The position numbers and the translations under genes were made by a program. The notes under the pieces are model-generated. The model was not told the origin of the DNA. It did no database searches and saw only the letters and a list, made by a program, of their open reading frames with translations. Of a DNA stretch of 64,000 nucleotides, positions 9,358 through 18,874 are shown piece by piece. Positions within the stretch are counted from its first letter, which is position 1. The number at the start of each line of letters is the position of its first letter. The stretch spans positions 1 to 64,000 of the forward strand of contig MTMD02000010.1 in the NCBI GenBank assembly GCA_002010065.2, written 5' to 3'. Origin of the DNA: Candidatus Pyrohabitans jungbluthii. GTDB taxonomy: Archaea > Hydrothermarchaeota > Hydrothermarchaeia > Hydrothermarchaeales > BMS3B.

Positions 9358-9816
9358 ATGAATCCAAAAACGCTTATAACCGTGGCTGCGTTAATTGCCA
9401 TCGCAGCGTTTGCAGTGCTCTCGGCGAAGACAACACCCGTGGTTAGCGACAAGGACCATACCTACGTGGGCGATTTAGTGTGGCTCAACTCGTACGAAGC
9501 TGGACTGGAGAAGGCAAAACAGGAGAACAAGCCTGTGCTCCTCTATTTTTGGGCGACCTGGTGCAAGTTCTGCAGAAAGCTGAATACAGAGGTTTTCCCT
9601 GATCCAGAGGTCAACTCCCTGCTTCGCGAGCGTTTTGTGCTTGTGGCGATAAACATCGACCAAAACAAGGAGATACCCCAGAAGTATGGGGTGCAGTACC
9701 CACCTGCAGAGATTTTTGTGGACGCCGATGGCAATGTCATAACAAAGGTGATGGGCTACACCCCAAAGGAGAACTTCCTGCGGTACATAAATACAGTGCT
9801 CGCTCAGTATAGCTGA
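9358..9816 (+). CDS. Exported thioredoxin-like protein (SoxW/DsbD-gamma-like)
   Basis: Signal/anchor; FWATWCKFC; cis-Pro loop QYPP. Confidence 0.88.
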   Translation: MNPKTLITVAALIAIAAFAVLSAKTTPVVSDKDHTYVGDLVWLNSYEAGLEKAKQENKPVLLYFWATWCKFCRKLNTEVFPDPEVNSLLRERFVLVAINIDQNKEIPQKYGVQYPPAEIFVDADGNVITKVMGYTPKENFLRYINTVLAQYS

Positions 9817-9846
9817 GTCTATTGTAGCAGAGGCAACCGCTGGTGA

Positions 9847-9877
9847 TTACCGGAACGAAGATTGCGGCGTGACGGAG
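9847..9877 (+). repeat. Short palindromic element, degenerate copy (33-bp type)
   Basis: TTACCGGAACGAAGATTGCGGCGTGACGGAG aligns with the polB-internal copy TTACCCGGAAGCGGAGCTTCCGGTGTGACGAAG. Confidence 0.6.
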
Positions 9878-9915
9878 TTGCCCGTCTCACGCGTTAGCGT
9901 GATAGGGTGACGAAG
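9878..9915 (+). repeat. Short palindromic element (long-hairpin type), tandem with the previous copy
   Basis: TTGCCCGTC-TCACGC-GTTA-GCGTGA-TA-GGGTGACGAAG; same ends as the other copies, perfect inner hairpin. Confidence 0.65.
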
Positions 9916-10040
9916 AAAGCGCTACCATATCGTGGATCTTATTCAGCTCGGAAGGGGTAATAGAGGCGGGGTAGGCGCCCCTATCCGGCGAAATCTATTT
10001 AAATATTCTGCTACTATGTGTAAGGAGGAGGTAGATAAGA

Positions 10041-10310
10041 ATGGCTGACGACAACGTCGTTTATATCGGCAACAAACCCGTGATGAACTACGTTTTGGCT
10101 GTAACAACGCAGCTGAACAGTGCCAATGAGGTTACAATAAAGGCAAGGGGTCAGGCAATCTCCAGAGCTGTTGACACCGCCGAAATAGTGAGAAACCGCT
10201 TCATGCCAGAGGTCAAGGTTAAGAGCATAGAGATAGGCACAGAGACTATAACGCGAGAGGATGGGAGCACCATCAACGTCTCCAGTATGGAGATTACCCT
10301 GGCCAAGTAA
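10041..10310 (+). CDS. albA: DNA/RNA-binding protein Alba
   Basis: [34 protein letters not shown]. Confidence 0.97.
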   Translation: MADDNVVYIGNKPVMNYVLAVTTQLNSANEVTIKARGQAISRAVDTAEIVRNRFMPEVKVKSIEIGTETITREDGSTINVSSMEITLAK

Positions 10311-10357
10311 ATAAACCTCCCCTACTTTTTTTATACCACCTCGCCCATAGTTAGTTT

Positions 10358-12772
10358 ATGCCCCGCGTGGTTAAAGGTTTTCTTATCGACGCTGACTACG
10401 AAACCGTCGAGAGGAAAGCGCTTATCAGGCTGTACCTGCGTGATGAGCAGGGAAAGAGTTTTATCGCCTACGACGACTCCTTCTCACCCTATTTCTTCGC
10501 TCTTCCCGGCGATGAGCCGGAGAAGGTTAAGGATAGGATACTCACCTCAGACGAAGAGGGTATTATACAGAGCATTACCATAGAAGAGAAGAGGTTCTTT
10601 GGCAAACCCGTTACAGCGCTCCGCATCACTGTACGCCACCCTCAGGATGTGCCACGAATACGGGAGCGGATACGCCACCTTGAGGGCGTAGATGCGATAA
10701 ATGAACACGACATCCTATTCGTTAGACGCTACCTGATAGACCGCGGGATTAAACCTCTTACCTGGCTCACGATGGAGGTTGAAGAAAGGCAGGACAAGCT
10801 CTTTGTGCGCAGAATTGAGCAAGCGGAGGGTGAGTTACCCGGAAGCGGAGCTTCCGGTGTGACGAAGCCTCCAAAGCTAAGGGTGGCGGCTGTAGATATA
10901 GAGGTTTACAATCCAAAGGGGGCGCCGCGCAGCAAGCAGGATCCCATAATCATGGTGAGCATAGCTACAAACGACGGCATGGAGAAGGTGCTAACCTGGA
11001 AACCTATAGAAGGCGAAGCGTACGTTGAGACCCTAAGCAGCGAGGAGGAGATGCTGCTCAGGTTTGCGCAGCTTATGCAGGAAGGCGATTACGATGTGAT
11101 CGTGGGGTACAACACAGACAACTTCGACTTCCCGTACATTAAAGATAGGGTGAAGAAGCTTGGCATTTCCCTGCCCCTGGGCAGGCTAAACGCAGAGCTT
11201 GAGGTGAGCAAGAGAGGCCCGCTACCAGAGGCGAGAATTCGTGGCAGGGCGCATGTTGATTTATACCCCATAGTGAGGCGCCACGTTAAGCTGAACAGCT
11301 ATGTGCTCGAGAGCGTGGTGGAGGAGCTTCTTGGGATAAAAAAGGAGAAGATAGACGGGGATAAGCTCTTCACATACTGGGATGCTGGCGGGGAAAACCT
11401 TGCTATGCTCGCCAGGTATTCTCTTGAGGATGCGCGGGTTACCCTGAGCCTGGCTGAGAAGTTTCTCCCTCTCTACTACGAGCTCTCCACTATCGTGGGA
11501 CAAAGCCTAAACGACGTTGCGAGAATGACGTCTGGACAACTTGTCGAATGGCTGCTCATGCGGTTCGCTACGCCAAGAGGAGAACTAATTCCCAACCACC
11601 CCGCTGGCGAGGAGTATGCAGCGCGGGCGAGTGCGACCTACGTTGGTGGGTATGTACGTGAGCCGAAGCGGGGGTTAGTCGAGAACATAGCGGTGTTTGA
11701 CTTCCGTAGCCTTTACCCAAGTATAATTGTGAGCCACAACATAGACCCGAGTACGCTGATTATAGGCAACTGCGAGGAGAACCGCGCGCCAGGTTTAGAC
11801 TACTGCTTCTCCCTGGATAAGGAGGGATTCATACCCGAAATTTTAAAGGGGTTGATCCAGCGCAGGGCTGAGATAAAGCAGCAGATGAGGCAGGTAGGCG
11901 AGGATAAAAGAAGGATGCTGGACGTCGCTGAGAAGGCACTTAAAATCCTTGCAAACTCCTTCTATGGCTACATGGGCTACCCGCGAGCGAGGTGGTACCG
12001 CCGCGAGTGCGCAGAGAGCGTCGCCGCCTTTGCGAGGATGTACATAAAGCAAGTTATGCGCATCGCCGAGGAGGAGTTCAACCTGGAGGTGGTGTACGGC
12101 GATACAGATTCGCTCTTCGTGGTAATTCCGCCTGCTAAGCGTGAGGTGGTGCAGGAGTTTCTGCGCAAGGTCAACGCCAGCATGCCGGGCATGATTGAGC
12201 TGGAATTCGAGGGCTTTTATAAGCGAGGACTGTTTGTTACAAAAAAGAGGTATGCGCTTCTGAGTGAAGAAGGCAAGATGGTGGTCAAGGGCTTAGAGTT
12301 TGTGCGCCGCGACTGGGCACCGATAGCGAGAGAAACCCAGCGGGAGGTGCTTCGCATTCTGCTGGAGGAGGCAAACCCCGAGAAGGCGGCAAAGCTTGTT
12401 CGCGACGTTATTCAGCGAATACGTGAGCGCAGGGTAACTCTTGAGGACATAACAATATACACCCAGCTTACAAAGCGAATAAAGAGCTATAAAAGCTTAG
12501 AGCCCCATGTGGTGGCGGCGCAGAAGCTTAAGGAGCGCGGTCGCGAGGTGGCGCCTGGCATGATTATAGGATACATAATAACCAAGGGCGCAAAGGCGAT
12601 ATCACATCGCGCTCTGCCTGTGGAGTTCGCCAAGCTTGAGGATTATGACCCGGATTACTACATAGACAACCAGATCCTGCCCGCGATACAGCGCATATTC
12701 GAGGCGATAGGCTACACCCGGGATTACCTCAGGGAGGGGATTACTCAGACCAGCTTAAGCAAGTGGTTTTAG
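10358..12772 (+). CDS. polB: Family B DNA polymerase (PolB3-type), no intein
   Basis: Exo I DIE, Exo II YNTDNFD, Exo III YSLED, DFRSLYPS, KILANSFYGY, YGDTDS, C-terminal PIP-box QTSLSKWF. Confidence 0.98.
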   Translation: MPRVVKGFLIDADYETVERKALIRLYLRDEQGKSFIAYDDSFSPYFFALPGDEPEKVKDRILTSDEEGIIQSITIEEKRFFGKPVTALRITVRHPQDVPRIRERIRHLEGVDAINEHDILFVRRYLIDRGIKPLTWLTMEVEERQDKLFVRRIEQAEGELPGSGASGVTKPPKLRVAAVDIEVYNPKGAPRSKQDPIIMVSIATNDGMEKVLTWKPIEGEAYVETLSSEEEMLLRFAQLMQEGDYDVIVGYNTDNFDFPYIKDRVKKLGISLPLGRLNAELEVSKRGPLPEARIRGRAHVDLYPIVRRHVKLNSYVLESVVEELLGIKKEKIDGDKLFTYWDAGGENLAMLARYSLEDARVTLSLAEKFLPLYYELSTIVGQSLNDVARMTSGQLVEWLLMRFATPRGELIPNHPAGEEYAARASATYVGGYVREPKRGLVENIAVFDFRSLYPSIIVSHNIDPSTLIIGNCEENRAPGLDYCFSLDKEGFIPEILKGLIQRRAEIKQQMRQVGEDKRRMLDVAEKALKILANSFYGYMGYPRARWYRRECAESVAAFARMYIKQVMRIAEEEFNLEVVYGDTDSLFVVIPPAKREVVQEFLRKVNASMPGMIELEFEGFYKRGLFVTKKRYALLSEEGKMVVKGLEFVRRDWAPIARETQREVLRILLEEANPEKAAKLVRDVIQRIRERRVTLEDITIYTQLTKRIKSYKSLEPHVVAAQKLKERGREVAPGMIIGYIITKGAKAISHRALPVEFAKLEDYDPDYYIDNQILPAIQRIFEAIGYTRDYLREGITQTSLSKWF
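10835..10867 (+). repeat. Short palindromic element inserted in frame in polB (LPGSGASGVTK)
   Basis: 33 bp TTACCCGGAAGC-GGA-GCTTCCGGTGTGACGAAG with perfect 8-bp stem CCGGAAGC/GCTTCCGG; ends shared with four intergenic copies. Confidence 0.75.
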
Positions 12773-12823
12773 GGTTCAAATTGTACTTCAAAATGAAATT
12801 AAATTAGAAAATTGAAGAGATTC

Positions 12824-14302
12824 TTACGAAAACAGGCTGCTTGCCGCATTCAGCGACAGCGAGACAAAAGAGTCTGGGAAAACGCCGATGTAGATAACCA
12901 GAAGCGCTGCTACTACCAGTGCCACGCTCAGCAGCAGGGGCTCGCGCTCACGCTTTACCTCGGCTTCTGCGAAGTACATGTAGCGGATTACGCGAGCATA
13001 GTAGTACAGCGAGACCACGCTGTTGATTATGAGCAATATGCCAAGTATAAGATAAGCGCCGCCCGCAGCAATGCTTGCGGTGAGTATCATGAACTTGCTC
13101 ACGAAGCCTGCGAAGAAGGGTATCCCCGCCAAGGAGAGTAGGAATATGGTCATTGTCAGCGCAGTCACGGGAAGGCGCCTTCCCAGCCCAGCAAAGTCCT
13201 CAAGGTTGGAGCCTATCATATAGTAGCTCGCAGCCGCAACCGCGAGGAATGCCCCGCCCTTCATTATCGCGTGCGTAAGGATGTGGAGCAGGCCAGCGCC
13301 AATGCTGAGGTTGAGGTCCACCTGCGTCGAGGCGAGCAAAGCAAAGACTATGAGCACATAGCCGGCTTGGCCAATGCTGGAATAAGCAAGCATGCGCTTT
13401 ATGTTGGTCTGTGCCAGAGCAACGACGTTGCCCAGGGTCATGGTTATCGCAGCCAGAATAGCGAAGAGCAATGCCCATTCCTTAACAAGCGCCGGCATGG
13501 AGAGGGCGATTAAGAAGATGCGCAGCAGGGCTACGAAGGCCATCTTTTTGCTCGCGGCAGCGAGAAAGGCGCTCACCGGCGAGGGCGCACCCTGGTAGGT
13601 ATCGGGTGCCCACATGTGGAAGGGCACCGCAGCGACTTTATAACCGAAGCCTGCGATGAGGAAGACTACAGCCAAAATGAGCACCCAGTGGAACTCTGCA
13701 GTCTTAGGCAGAGCCTCTGCTATCGCATACAGGTTCGTGCTCCCGGTTAAGCCGTAGAGCAGGGACATGCCAAACACAATTAAACCTGAGGAGAAGGCAC
13801 CTATGACGAAGTACTTCATAGCCGCCTCTGTGCCAGTGCGGTTTTTCCTGAAGGCGGCTAAAGCGAAGGTGGAGATGCTCGCCAGCTCCACAGCGACGAA
13901 GAGGAGCACTAAATCAGCGGCCATGGCAGCGAACATCATTCCAAGCGTTGCGAAGAGTATGAGCGAGTAATACTCCCCCTTGTACTTATCCTTGCGGGTG
14001 GCATCGAGGGAACCCAGGATTACCAGAAGCGCCACCAGCAGAAACACCAGCTTGAAGAAAACCGCAAAGAGGTCAACGCGTATTAAGCCGGAGAAGAAGC
14101 TCACCTGAAGTGCCTGCTTCGCTGCTATGGCAGCGAGAAGTGATTTTGCCTGGGAGAAAACCATAGCGAGGGCAATACCCACGCCTACAAGACTGAGGTA
14201 GCCCAGAAATTCCTTATCGTCTTCGCGCAGGGTCATGTCTATGAAGATAACAGCCAGCGCAAATACTGCAATTACCAGCTCCGGCATAAGTGCTTCGAGC
14301 AT
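12824..14302 (-). CDS. nuoN: Complex I-like oxidoreductase subunit N (NuoN/FpoN)
   Basis: EAAMKYF, GYKVAAVPFHMWAPDTYQGAP, KRMLAYSS; operon position. Confidence 0.95.
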   Translation of the reverse strand: MLEALMPELVIAVFALAVIFIDMTLREDDKEFLGYLSLVGVGIALAMVFSQAKSLLAAIAAKQALQVSFFSGLIRVDLFAVFFKLVFLLVALLVILGSLDATRKDKYKGEYYSLILFATLGMMFAAMAADLVLLFVAVELASISTFALAAFRKNRTGTEAAMKYFVIGAFSSGLIVFGMSLLYGLTGSTNLYAIAEALPKTAEFHWVLILAVVFLIAGFGYKVAAVPFHMWAPDTYQGAPSPVSAFLAAASKKMAFVALLRIFLIALSMPALVKEWALLFAILAAITMTLGNVVALAQTNIKRMLAYSSIGQAGYVLIVFALLASTQVDLNLSIGAGLLHILTHAIMKGGAFLAVAAASYYMIGSNLEDFAGLGRRLPVTALTMTIFLLSLAGIPFFAGFVSKFMILTASIAAGGAYLILGILLIINSVVSLYYYARVIRYMYFAEAEVKREREPLLLSVALVVAALLVIYIGVFPDSFVSLSLNAASSLFS

Positions 14303-14303
14303 C

Positions 14304-15758
14304 TCAGATACCTCCTATTAACGCCACTATCGCTTGGGATGTGGTGCTTATCATATTCATCAGGGGCGCAGGATAGAGTCCCAGCAAGGTTATGAGTATA
14401 ACCAGAACAAGAACTGGCACTGCTTCGTGCCATGCAACGTCGCTGCGCGCGCTCTCAATGAGTTCGCTGGTAGCGCCAAACGCTGCACGCTGGAGCATCC
14501 ATAGATAATAACCTGCGGTAAGGGGCAACGAAAGCACTGCAAGGTAGGCAAGAGAGGAGAAGCTCTTGAAGAGCCCTAGGAGGATGCTGAGCTCAGCCAC
14601 GAAGCCGCTAAGCCCCGGTAAGCCCAGCGAAGCGAGTGAAGCGAACACCAGGACCCAGCCCAGGAAGGGCGCCTTGGTTATAAGCCCGCCTAGGTAGGGG
14701 ATCTCTCGCGAACGTGCTTTCTCAACAAGCATGCCTGTGAGGAAGAAGAGTAAAGCGACGATTAAGCCGTGGCTCACCATCTGGAATATCGCACCGTTTA
14801 TTCCGATTAAATTCAGGGACGCTATACCGAGAACAATAAAGCCCATGTGCGAGACGCTGGAGAAAGCCACCAGACGCTTTATATCCCGCTGTGCCAGAGC
14901 AGCGAAGGCAGCATAGAATACGCTCACAACCGCAAGCACGGCGATAGCATAGGCATAGCTCTGGAAGGTCTCAGGTAGAAGGGTGACGCCAATGCGGAGC
15001 AAGCCATAGGCACCCATCTTGGAGAGCAACCCAGCGAGGAGCACACTCACCGGCGTGGGTGCCTCGGTATAGGCATCTGGCAACCATGAATGGAAGGGCA
15101 CCAGGGGGATCTTGAAGGCAAAACCTATGAAGAGCAGGAGGAAGACAAAGCTCTTAAAGCCTGCATCTAGAGAGGCGAGGGTGTCTGAGATGGCGAAGAA
15201 GGAGAAGCTTCCCGCCTTGAGGTAGAGCAGTATGAAGCCAATAAACATGAAGAGGCTTCCCAAGTGGGTGTAGATGAGTATCTTCATGGCAGCATAGCTT
15301 CGCTTAGCTCCGCCCCAGCCGTTTATCAGGAAGAACGCGGGGATGAGCACAATCTCCCAGAAAACGTAGAAGAGGAAGAGGTCTAACGCAAGGAAGACGC
15401 CCATTAGACCGGCTTCCATGAACAGGAGCAGGGCGTAGTAACGCTTGGTGTTCGCCTCTATATTCCAGGAGGCAAGTATGGCTACGACAAAGAGCAGGGC
15501 AGTGAGCAGCACAAGCGAGAGGCTCATCGCATCCGCGCCCAGGGTGAAGGTAATCCCAAAGTCTGAAATCCACTCCCAAGCTTGAGCTGGGAACATCTCC
15601 TTCCCGCTCAGGAAGCTGTTCAGCGCCGCGAGGGAGACGAGCAGAGTGAGAAGCGACGTAGCGAAAGCTACAGAGCGCGCTTTGGCTATGCCATAGCGCT
15701 CAGCGAAGTAGCTCGCAAAGGCTCCTACGAATGGAATGGCAATGAGATAAGCCAGCAT
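14304..15758 (-). CDS. nuoM: Subunit M (NuoM/FpoM)
   Basis: LFYVFWE, FKIPLVPFHSWLPDAY, KRLVAFSSVSHMG, GFVAE. Confidence 0.95.
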   Translation of the reverse strand: MLAYLIAIPFVGAFASYFAERYGIAKARSVAFATSLLTLLVSLAALNSFLSGKEMFPAQAWEWISDFGITFTLGADAMSLSLVLLTALLFVVAILASWNIEANTKRYYALLLFMEAGLMGVFLALDLFLFYVFWEIVLIPAFFLINGWGGAKRSYAAMKILIYTHLGSLFMFIGFILLYLKAGSFSFFAISDTLASLDAGFKSFVFLLLFIGFAFKIPLVPFHSWLPDAYTEAPTPVSVLLAGLLSKMGAYGLLRIGVTLLPETFQSYAYAIAVLAVVSVFYAAFAALAQRDIKRLVAFSSVSHMGFIVLGIASLNLIGINGAIFQMVSHGLIVALLFFLTGMLVEKARSREIPYLGGLITKAPFLGWVLVFASLASLGLPGLSGFVAELSILLGLFKSFSSLAYLAVLSLPLTAGYYLWMLQRAAFGATSELIESARSDVAWHEAVPVLVLVILITLLGLYPAPLMNMISTTSQAIVALIGGI

Positions 15759-17605
15759 TACGCCGCACCTCCTGTAAGGCGAGCGATTATGAGAAGCAAA
15801 CTCGCTCCCAGCAGGAGCCAGGAGGCGTAGTCCTGGGTTATGCCTGTCTGAATTCTCCGCATGACTTCACCTGCCTTCGCAGTGGCTTTGCCTATGCCAT
15901 TCACCAGGCCATCGATGAAGTAGGCATCAATAGCGTTTATAACGGTGCTGGTATCCTTGACCACTTTCGTCGCGAAGAAGAGGTATATGTGGTCTAAGTA
16001 GTAGCGGTCGATTAGCAGAGTATGCAGTGGTTTAAAGGTGGTGCGTATCTTCTCAGCTGAGAGCACAGGCTTATAGTAGGTTATCCCCGTAAGCACAATA
16101 CCCAGGGCAGCAAGAGCTATTGAAAGGCTCATAACAAATCCGTGCCCGCCCTCATGGGCTGCGAAGTGCTCCGCGAGTTCAGCGGGCAGGGTATTGAGCA
16201 CAAACTCCTCAAAGCCAGCGAAGCGAACAAAGCCTGAGAAAAGCGCCCCCAGGGATAGGATCATGAGCGGCACCGTCATAACCCTCGGCGCCTCATGCGC
16301 ATGCTTTACAGCCTCGCTCTCTTTGCCTGTGAAAACTATGAAGAAGAGTCTTGAGATGTAAACAGCGCTGAGTAGCGCCGCGAAGGCGGCAATTATGAAG
16401 AGCGGTGTGCTGTACCCATAAACCGCCGCAAGAATGTCGTCCTTGCTCCAGAAGCCGCTCCACGGGGGTAAGCCAGAGAGAGACCACGCACCGATGAAGA
16501 ACGCAGTGCCAGTGATTGGCATGCGTTTCCACAGCCCGCCCATGTCGCGAATATCCTGAGAATGCACCGCATGTATCACCGCACCCGCGCTGAGGAAGAG
16601 CAGCGCTTTAAAGAAGGAGTGGTTGAGCAGATGGAACACGCCAGCGGCGTAGCCACCGACACCCAGAGCTAAGGTCATGAAGCCCAGGTGGGAGACTGTG
16701 GAGTATGCTATAACCCGCTTGAGGTCTGTCATGACCACAGCCATCGTCGCGGCCATGAGCGCTGTTATACCCCCTATCCATGCAACCACGAAGAGAGACT
16801 CAGGGGTAAAGAGGGGGTAAGCTCTGGCTACGAGGTATACACCTGCCTTTACCATAGTTGCCGCATGTATAAGCGCGCTGACCGTGGTGGGACCCTCCAT
16901 TGCGTCGGGCAACCACACGTGCAGCGGGAACTGTGCGCTCTTACCTACCGCTCCGCCGAAGAGGAGAAGCGACGCAAGGGTAAGCGTAGCAGGCGCCGCG
17001 CTCGGCGCGAGCTCGAAAAGTTCGCTTAGATTAAGGGTGCCAAACTTGGCGTAGAGCACAAGTATGCCCGCCAGGAGCATAATGTCGCCCACACGGGTGA
17101 CCAGGAAGGCCTTCTTCGCCGCGCTCGCCGCACTGGGCTTGCGGTACCAGAAGCCTATTAAAAGGTAGGAGCACAGACCCACCAGCTCCCAGCTGATGAA
17201 GAGGAAGACAAGATTGTTAGCTATAATTAATGCCAGCATGCTGGCTATGAAGAGGCTTATCTCGGCGTAGTAGCGCTGTACCCCGGGGTCACCATGCATA
17301 TAACCCAGGGAGTAGACCACGATGAGAAATCCCACAAAGCTAACCACGAAGAGCATCACCGCCGCGAGGGGGTCTATGAGAAAGCCAAAGCGAAAGGCTT
17401 CGCTACCCAGCCATGAGATGCCCTCGCTTTCGTACCTGCCAACTGAGAAAACATCGCGAATTGTGAGCAGCGAGACGAGCATGGACAAGCCAACAAAAGC
17501 TACAGCAACGTAGCCTCCGCCCTCTTTCATGCGCTTGCCAAACAGGAGGATAATCAGAAATGAAATCACTGGAAACAGTGGAATGAGCCACGCCTGTTCT
17601 ATCAT
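15758..17605 (-). CDS. nuoL: Subunit L (NuoL/FpoL)
   Basis: WELVGLCSYLLIGFW, GKSAQFPLHVWLPDAMEGPTTVSALIHAATMV, QTG lateral helix. Confidence 0.97.
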   Translation of the reverse strand: MIEQAWLIPLFPVISFLIILLFGKRMKEGGGYVAVAFVGLSMLVSLLTIRDVFSVGRYESEGISWLGSEAFRFGFLIDPLAAVMLFVVSFVGFLIVVYSLGYMHGDPGVQRYYAEISLFIASMLALIIANNLVFLFISWELVGLCSYLLIGFWYRKPSAASAAKKAFLVTRVGDIMLLAGILVLYAKFGTLNLSELFELAPSAAPATLTLASLLLFGGAVGKSAQFPLHVWLPDAMEGPTTVSALIHAATMVKAGVYLVARAYPLFTPESLFVVAWIGGITALMAATMAVVMTDLKRVIAYSTVSHLGFMTLALGVGGYAAGVFHLLNHSFFKALLFLSAGAVIHAVHSQDIRDMGGLWKRMPITGTAFFIGAWSLSGLPPWSGFWSKDDILAAVYGYSTPLFIIAAFAALLSAVYISRLFFIVFTGKESEAVKHAHEAPRVMTVPLMILSLGALFSGFVRFAGFEEFVLNTLPAELAEHFAAHEGGHGFVMSLSIALAALGIVLTGITYYKPVLSAEKIRTTFKPLHTLLIDRYYLDHIYLFFATKVVKDTSTVINAIDAYFIDGLVNGIGKATAKAGEVMRRIQTGITQDYASWLLLGASLLLIIARLTGGAA

Positions 17606-17606
17606 T

Positions 17607-17912
17607 TCACCACCTCAACTCCTTGATTTCACGCAGATTGACAGTGCGGAAGTTGCGGTAAAGAGCTAAGAGAATCGCCATACCAACGCCTGCCTCCGCG
17701 GCGGCTATTGCTATGGTGAAGGCAGCAAAAGCCTGACCACTCAGGTTGCCCAGGTAGCTTGAGAAAGCCACCAAATTAATATTAGCGGCGTTTAGCATGA
17801 GCTCAATGCTCATGAGCATTCTCACGGCGTTGCGCGAGGATAGCAAACCATAAGCGCCGATGGAGAAGAGCACCGTCGCCAGGAACACATAGTGGAACAC
17901 CGTAACGCTCAT
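17607..17912 (-). CDS. nuoK: Subunit K (NuoK/FpoK)
   Basis: LMSIELMLNAANINLV, AAAEAGVG. Confidence 0.95.
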   Translation of the reverse strand: MSVTVFHYVFLATVLFSIGAYGLLSSRNAVRMLMSIELMLNAANINLVAFSSYLGNLSGQAFAAFTIAIAAAEAGVGMAILLALYRNFRTVNLREIKELRW

Positions 17913-18409
17913 TTCGCAGCCTCCTTTTTCGCCAGGAATATGGCACCTACCATTGCAGCAAGCAGAAGCAAGCCTACAAGCTCAAAGGGTATAACATAAG
18001 CCTGAGGGTTGAATATAAGCCCGCCTACACTGCCCACGCTTCCAATCACACTGGCGCGCTCTCCCAGTGAGGCAAAGCCCGAACTGGCGACATAGAAGAG
18101 GGCAACTATCGCGAAGATCACAGCACTAACCGGCGCAAGTTCATCGCCACGAGGCGGCCTCTTTAACTGAAGGTCGCTCTTTGTAAGCATTGTGGCAAAG
18201 AGGAAGAGCACCACAACACCACCAGCATAGACGAGCACCTGAATGACGGCGAGAAACTCCGCGCCAAGAGTTACAAACACCGCAGCGACGCCGAGCAGAG
18301 CCAGAGCTAACGCGAGTACTGCATGGAAAATGCGCTCTGCCATGACAACGCCCACTGCGCCTGCGATGACCACCGCCGAGATTATGAAGAACACCAGCGA
18401 GTCCATCAT
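17909..18409 (-). CDS. nuoJ: Subunit J (NuoJ/FpoJ)
   Basis: AEFLAVIQVLVYAGG, YVIPFELVGLLLLAAMVGA. Confidence 0.94.
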   Translation of the reverse strand: MMDSLVFFIISAVVIAGAVGVVMAERIFHAVLALALALLGVAAVFVTLGAEFLAVIQVLVYAGGVVVLFLFATMLTKSDLQLKRPPRGDELAPVSAVIFAIVALFYVASSGFASLGERASVIGSVGSVGGLIFNPQAYVIPFELVGLLLLAAMVGAIFLAKKEAAK

Positions 18410-18873
18410 TGTGTTTCGCCTCCTTGCTCTGGTTCGCGCTCATAGCCTGCGAGCTTCCACCAGGGGTAGAAGAGTTCTTCCCGCGAATATTCCGCAAGCT
18501 CTATAGCCTCATTGTCCCAGGTTAGCGCACCCGTGGGGCAGGCTTCGACGCAGAGTCCACAGAACATGCATCTCCCGAGGTAAATTTCGGGATGCTTCTT
18601 TTCCTTCTTTATTATGCGGTCCTTCACCTTCTTCTCCTCTATCCCCACAACCTTCATCTCTATGGTAGCATTAGGACAAGCACGGGCACAGCTGCCGCAG
18701 CTTATGCACTTTTTAACATCCAGGCGCTGCCTCCCGCGATACCGCGGCTTCATCACGTCGCGCTGCTCGGGATACTGTATGGTAATGGGAGGCTTGAAGA
18801 GATGCTTAAAGGTAACGCTCATTGGCAGCAGATGGGAGAGATTCTTGAGCTTCTGTTTCAGCATCATCATCAC
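18406..18873 (-). CDS. nuoI: Subunit I, 2x[4Fe-4S] (NuoI/FpoI)
   Basis: TIQYPE, CISCGSCARACP, CMFCGLCVEACP. Confidence 0.95.
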   Translation of the reverse strand: MMMMLKQKLKNLSHLLPMSVTFKHLFKPPITIQYPEQRDVMKPRYRGRQRLDVKKCISCGSCARACPNATIEMKVVGIEEKKVKDRIIKKEKKHPEIYLGRCMFCGLCVEACPTGALTWDNEAIELAEYSREELFYPWWKLAGYEREPEQGGETQ

Positions 18874-18874
18874 C

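Noticed and set aside
10358-12772. Intein in PolB
   Set aside because: Normal length; polymerase motifs uninterrupted; no splicing motifs
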